IMG/VR virus record: IMGVR_UViG_3300013934_000002 | Location: 1 to 6,805 of that record | Reading direction: 5' to 3' (one strand) | From: a virus | DNA: 6,805 bases | Part shown: one piece after another, positions 3,807 through 6,805 of the stretch | How the letters are laid out: each line of letters begins with the position of its first letter | Position numbering within the stretch: the stretch's first letter is position 1 | Notes under the pieces: model-generated | The model's database searches: none | What the model saw: only the letters and a program-made list of their open reading frames with translations | What the model was told of the DNA's origin: nothing | Position numbers and translations under genes: made by a program

Positions 3807-5093
3807 ATGGCTCGTTGTTTTCGTTATGGTCTCTTCGTTCTGGCTGCTGTTCTATACAGCGTCCAAGTAAGTGCGGCACGTCAGGTAATCCCTGAGCCCG
3901 GTGAAGTTCAACGCGCATGGGTTCCAGGTGCTGGCCCTACTTCTTTTGTCGATTCCAGGGACTGGAACGCCACAGTTAGCACTCAGAGTGGCTCACGTGT
4001 TCAGCTTCCTGTTAATGGCAAGCGTTCATACGGCTGGCCAAAATGGGCCGGCGCAGCAAAGCAATTTGTGAAGAAGTCGCCTCAGCAGGCCGCTGCCGCT
4101 GCAGGTTTGGCTGGTGTTTTTGCTGCTGTCGATTGGGTCATGGATCAAGGGCAATTCAAGCGTCCCGGTGATGGCGGGGTTTGTTATCACGCCTATTACG
4201 GCGGCACGGGTATGGCTACCGCTTGTGAGTATGAATCTGCCGGAGATGCATGCCGTGCGCTCTACAGCATGAGCGGCATTAGCCATAAGGGGGCTGGCGC
4301 ACTTTCTGGGGGCTCATGTTATTACCATCACCTCACCAATGTGCCTTCGCTTGTTCAGTCTGGATACTGGAAAGAAGTAAATCCCGACCCTTCTACGCAG
4401 CCCCGTGTTCCCGTTACCGATTCCGAGATCGATAATCTCATCGATGGTATTACTGATCCTAACGTAGCGGCAGAGTCAGCCCCTTTCATTGAGCAGAATC
4501 TGCCCGGTTCGTTCGACTACCCCGATGGATTCGAATTTTCCGGCCCTCAGTCCGTTGACTTGCCGGGCGTAGTAACGACTAAAACGGACCCAGCCACTGG
4601 CAACACGACCACTACGGAAGTTCTTCCATCTGTGCAGTTCGAATATGGAACCAACCCGTGGTCGATTACGCCTACCGATAAGACAACGAAGAACACATAT
4701 GAGAATGGCCAAAAGACCCAGACCGAAGAGTCCGTTTCCACTGATCCCGTAAATAGTGGCGGTGTTTCTGTACAGCCAAAGCCTGTCGAAATTCCAACCG
4801 ATTGCGACTTTATGCCAACGGTCTGCAAGTTCATTGATTGGGTGAAGGAACCGTTTACCGAAGAGACTCCTGATTTTTCTGACCTTATTGAAGATGAGGA
4901 CTTTTCAGAGTCCATAACCATTTCAGGCAATGCAACTTGTCCAGCTCCTACCATGATCGAGACCAATCTTGGCTCTTTCGAATTTAGCTGGCAACCTGCT
5001 TGCACTTGGGCGGGAATGATTAAGCCGCTTGTTATCATTGCTGCGCTAATTGCAGCCATTTATATCAGTCTCGGCGTAGCGAGGTCGGAATAA
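3807..5093 (+). CDS. gIII: gpIII-like adsorption/minor coat protein (428 aa)
   Basis: There is a signal peptide MARCFRYGLFVLAAVLYSVQVSA/AR, a Cys-containing N-terminal domain and a Thr-rich linker (TTKTDPATGNTTTTE). The C-terminal block C..FEFS..C plus the TM anchor MIKPLVIIAALIAAIYISLGV resembles the gpIII C-terminus. GGGAG lies 8 nt upstream of the ATG. Confidence 0.85.
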   Translation: MARCFRYGLFVLAAVLYSVQVSAARQVIPEPGEVQRAWVPGAGPTSFVDSRDWNATVSTQSGSRVQLPVNGKRSYGWPKWAGAAKQFVKKSPQQAAAAAGLAGVFAAVDWVMDQGQFKRPGDGGVCYHAYYGGTGMATACEYESAGDACRALYSMSGISHKGAGALSGGSCYYHHLTNVPSLVQSGYWKEVNPDPSTQPRVPVTDSEIDNLIDGITDPNVAAESAPFIEQNLPGSFDYPDGFEFSGPQSVDLPGVVTTKTDPATGNTTTTEVLPSVQFEYGTNPWSITPTDKTTKNTYENGQKTQTEESVSTDPVNSGGVSVQPKPVEIPTDCDFMPTVCKFIDWVKEPFTEETPDFSDLIEDEDFSESITISGNATCPAPTMIETNLGSFEFSWQPACTWAGMIKPLVIIAALIAAIYISLGVARSE

Positions 5094-5374
5094 TGCCTGC
5101 GATACTTGTAACCATCGGCGTCTACATAATCTCCAGCGTCATCGCTAAGATATTCGTCGCCCTTGGTATCGGCGTTTTTACTTACTACGGACTGCTCTCG
5201 CTCGTTGAGCGACTTGTACAGCAGGTGCAACTTGCTTTTGGCGGTCTTCCGGGGCAAGTAACTCAAGTGCTTAGCATCGCCGGAATTCCTGAGGCACTTT
5301 CTATCGTCTGTAGCGCTTTCCTCACTCGCGCCTCTATCCAGGCTATTCAAACTTTCTTCGGGTCTCGCATATGA
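5093..5374 (+). CDS. gVI: gpVI-like minor coat protein (93 aa, multi-TM)
   Basis: It is coupled by TAATG to gIII and by ATGA to gI. It is a hydrophobic protein; GLPGQVTQVLSIAGIPEALSIV resembles the Ff gpVI QLPSDFVQGVQLILPSNALP region (recalled). Confidence 0.8.
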   Translation: MPAILVTIGVYIISSVIAKIFVALGIGVFTYYGLLSLVERLVQQVQLAFGGLPGQVTQVLSIAGIPEALSIVCSAFLTRASIQAIQTFFGSRI

Positions 5375-6396
5375 TCACCCTTATCACAGCTGTTCCAGGT
5401 AGCGGAAAAACTCTTTACTGCATTGGTTTGATCCTCAAGGCAGTCGAGGAGGGCAGACCCGTCTATTCCAACATCGCCGGCCTCAAAATCCCTCAGTGCC
5501 ACCCAGCTCCTGATGACTGGCGAGACACTCCCGAGGGTTCGCTCGTCGTCTACGATGAGGCTCAGCAGCCTCACCTATACCCATCCACCGCCCACCGTGG
5601 CGAGGTCAAGGATGAGCGTCTACGCCAGATGGAAGTCCACCGCCACACTGGACATGACCTTGTGTTCGTCAGCCAGTCTCCCAGCTTCCTGCATCACCAC
5701 ATCCGCAAGCTGGCCGGCGAGCACATCCACCTTTATCGCGCCTTCGGCGCCAAGATCGTCACGAAGTACACTTGGCAGCACACCGTCGACTCCCCCAACG
5801 ATCGAGGGGAGCAGGGCAGAGCTGACAGCGTTCCATGGAAGTTTCCCAAGGAGCATTTCCAGTACTACCAGTCGGCCACCATCCACACACACAAGTTCAA
5901 GATGCCAAAGAAGCTGGCGGCGCTCCTGCTGCTCATCGTCGCTGTTGCTGGCCTTGTCGTCTGGAACGCTGCAACCAATGAGAGCAGTCTGCTGACCGGC
6001 TCAGGTGCTGACATTCATCAACCTGTTGCCTCTGCAATGGCAGCGCCTTCTGAGCCCAGTGGTGTACGCGCAGCGGCCACCACGGGCCAGAAGAAAGCGC
6101 TGCCAGCTACGACAACCCTCTATGACTGGTCAGAAACCGAGACGGCCAAGCCTGTTGCCGGCTGCATTTACAACGCGACCCGCTGCCAGTGCTTCGACGC
6201 TTCCGGTTCGCTCTACGCGATGGCTCATGCACAATGCCTGTCCGTGGCATCGAACATGCTGCCGCGATCCATCAACGTAGGAGGTTCTAGCCGTGGGTCT
6301 TCAAGACAGGGAATGGTTTCAGGAGAGTCGCAACAATCGCTCATCGGCGCGAATCCATTCGCCGAGGCAGCAACCCCGGCGCCGGGGGTTCTTTAG
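5371..6396 (+). CDS. gI: Zot-like / gpI assembly ATPase (341 aa)
   Basis: It has Walker A AVPGSGKT at residues 7-14, Walker B LVVYDEAQ, a central TM segment LAALLLLIVAVAGLVVW, and a periplasmic C-x-C..C tail (TRCQCFDASGSLYAMAHAQC). Confidence 0.9.
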   Translation: MITLITAVPGSGKTLYCIGLILKAVEEGRPVYSNIAGLKIPQCHPAPDDWRDTPEGSLVVYDEAQQPHLYPSTAHRGEVKDERLRQMEVHRHTGHDLVFVSQSPSFLHHHIRKLAGEHIHLYRAFGAKIVTKYTWQHTVDSPNDRGEQGRADSVPWKFPKEHFQYYQSATIHTHKFKMPKKLAALLLLIVAVAGLVVWNAATNESSLLTGSGADIHQPVASAMAAPSEPSGVRAAATTGQKKALPATTTLYDWSETETAKPVAGCIYNATRCQCFDASGSLYAMAHAQCLSVASNMLPRSINVGGSSRGSSRQGMVSGESQQSLIGANPFAEAATPAPGVL

Positions 6397-6490
6397 TCAC
6401 TTTGTCGTGCTCGTCCTGGGCATTGTGATCGGCATGGTCGTTGCCGATCTGCACTGGCTCGACATGCTGCGGCAGCAGCTCCCGTTCTGA
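6293..6490 (+). CDS. 65-aa bitopic membrane protein (basic N-terminus, one TM), overlapping the gI 3' end out of frame
   Basis: A GTG start has AGGAGG (6279-6284) 8 nt upstream. The non-overlapping part (6397-6490) has very high GC3 in this frame. The TM segment is FFSHFVVLVLGIVIGMVVA. Confidence 0.6.
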   Translation: MGLQDREWFQESRNNRSSARIHSPRQQPRRRGFFSHFVVLVLGIVIGMVVADLHWLDMLRQQLPF

Positions 6491-6496
6491 TGGGGC

Positions 6497-6524
6497 GCTT
6501 CGCATAATGGAGATTATGAAATGA
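6497..6524 (+). other. dif-like site a: GCTTCGCATAA-TGGAGA-TTATGAAATGA (11+6+11)
   Basis: The XerC arm is identical to that of site b and lies within the 17-nt perfect direct repeat GGCGCTTCGCATAATGG (6494-6510 and 6679-6695). The centre matches TGTATA at 4/6. The XerD arm keeps only the inner TTATG. Confidence 0.6.
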
Positions 6525-6679
6525 TCCTGACTTACGAGCTGGTCGATAACCCCGGCTACGAGTACGAAGACGAAGTTCAGACCCAGTACGATGCGTGTGT
6601 AAGGCTTCAGTCAATCGAACCGTTTTGTGTTTGGTGGCAACTGACGGATGGCTCTGGTGAGCTTGTCATGTCGTCTTAG
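6521..6679 (+). CDS. 52-aa strongly acidic protein MILTYELVDNPGYEYEDEVQTQYDACVRLQSIEPFCVWWQLTDGSGELVMSS
   Basis: It is below the ORF-track cutoff. GGAG lies 8 nt upstream of the ATG, and GC3 is about 62% by hand count (higher in the first half). There are 10 D/E residues against 1 R. The ORF exactly fills the interval between dif-like sites a and b. Confidence 0.5.
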   Translation: MILTYELVDNPGYEYEDEVQTQYDACVRLQSIEPFCVWWQLTDGSGELVMSS

Positions 6680-6775
6680 GCGCTTCGCATAATGGGTAAC
6701 GTTACGTTTAATCGCGTCGGGAAGATGGTCAGCGGTCCCGGCGCGATTTAATGTAACGTTGATTATGCGCTGCGC
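6680..6775 (+). other. ~96-nt imperfect hairpin formed by two inverted dif-like sites (candidate ssDNA attP); truncated copy at 1-93
   Basis: 6680-6722 pairs with 6736-6775. By hand I count 34 Watson-Crick pairs, 2 G.T pairs, 1 T.T mismatch, a 2x2 internal loop, a GGGT-versus-G bulge and a 13-nt apical loop (6723-6735). CGCATAAT (6686-6693) pairs with ATTATGCG (6762-6769). Confidence 0.75.
6682..6712 (+). other. dif-like site b: GCTTCGCATAA-TGGGTAACG-TTACGTTTAAT (9-nt centre); partial copy at 1-30
   Basis: The XerC-type arm contains TTCGCATAA, as in the Pseudomonas/Xanthomonas-type dif recalled as GATTCGCATAA TGTATA TTATGTTAAAT. The XerD-like arm matches TTATGTTAAAT at 9/11 but lies after a 9-nt spacer instead of 6. 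Confidence 0.6.
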
Positions 6776-6805
6776 TATCGAACTCGAACCCTATGCCATC
6801 AAGAC
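6683..6805. repeat. Right copy of the exact 123-bp terminal overlap (= 1-123)
   Basis: Identical to 1-123. It contains second copies of dif-like sites b and c and the first 41 nt of the 83-313 CDS (ATG at 6765). Confidence 0.97.

Larger units (their letters stand above)
1..6682 (+). mobile_element. Complete genome unit (6682 bp) of a small filamentous ssDNA phage (inovirus); circular replicon or tandem copy
   Basis: Canonical inovirus order on the + strand: gpII-like Rep, putative SSB, small TM ORF, 46-aa coat, gpIII-like, gpVI-like, Zot/gpI-like, joined by TAATG/ATGA overlaps. Positions 1-123 recur exactly at 6683-6805, so the window is one unit plus 123 bp. No integrase and no secretin ORF is present. 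Confidence 0.9.

Noticed and set aside
4026-5059. Minus-strand ORFs inside gIII (4026..4286, 4476..4712, 4547..5059)
   Set aside because: They are antisense shadows of gIII. They have no start context, and nothing else in the late region is on the minus strand.
5060-6280. ORFs 5060..5350(-), 5347..5574(-), 5513..5995(+), 5620..5892(-), 6005..6280(+)
   Set aside because: They lie in alternative frames or antisense to gVI and gI. Their products are Ser/Thr/Arg/Pro-rich, and they lack SD sequences. The overlapping ORF at 6293 differs because it has AGGAGG.
6393-6614. 73-aa minus-strand ORF
   Set aside because: It is an Arg-rich shadow ORF antisense to two + strand ORFs with good SDs, and it would read through dif-like site a.
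1-6805. Terminal 123-bp repeat interpreted as att duplications of an integrated prophage; also CRISPR arrays, tRNA/rRNA genes, IS elements
   Set aside because: The repeat is long, exact and continues a gene (83-313). No non-phage flanking sequence is present, so a circular or tandem unit fits better. No spacer-repeat arrays, tRNA-like cloverleaf candidates or transposase ORFs were seen.

Overview
The window holds one complete 6682-bp unit of a small filamentous ssDNA phage (inovirus) plus an exact 123-bp overlap (1-123 = 6683-6805). This indicates a circular replicon, or less likely a tandem copy. The + strand carries the canonical inovirus module: a gpII-like rolling-circle Rep with motifs I recall from Ff gpII and a nested gpX-like start, a putative SSB, small hydrophobic ORFs, a 46-aa leaderless Pf3-type major coat protein followed by a strong terminator, a gpIII-like adsorption protein, a gpVI-like protein and a Zot/gpI assembly ATPase. 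Neighbouring genes are joined by TAATG/ATGA overlaps. There is no integrase and no gpIV secretin. The accessory and regulatory part contains an RHH repressor-like gene divergent from rep, a convergent overlapping pair (76-aa RHH-like and 184-aa AT-hook/coiled-coil), a 65-aa membrane ORF overlapping the zot 3' end out of frame, and a 52-aa very acidic ORF. Four signals stand out. (1) There are three dif-like (XerC/XerD-type) sites. Two are inverted with unequal central regions and fold into a ~96-nt forked hairpin on the virion strand, like the CTXphi ssDNA attP. The third is in direct orientation and bounds a 185-bp single-gene cassette. (2) A (+)-origin core at 1289-1332 closely resembles the Ff nick-site hairpin, and a repressor gene lies between it and gII. 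(3) The perfect palindrome GTAACGTTAC occurs three times plus one 8/10 copy, building two large hairpins that bracket the convergent gene pair. (4) There is a sharp compositional breakpoint inside rep. All family assignments rest on motifs and synteny read by eye; no database search was possible.
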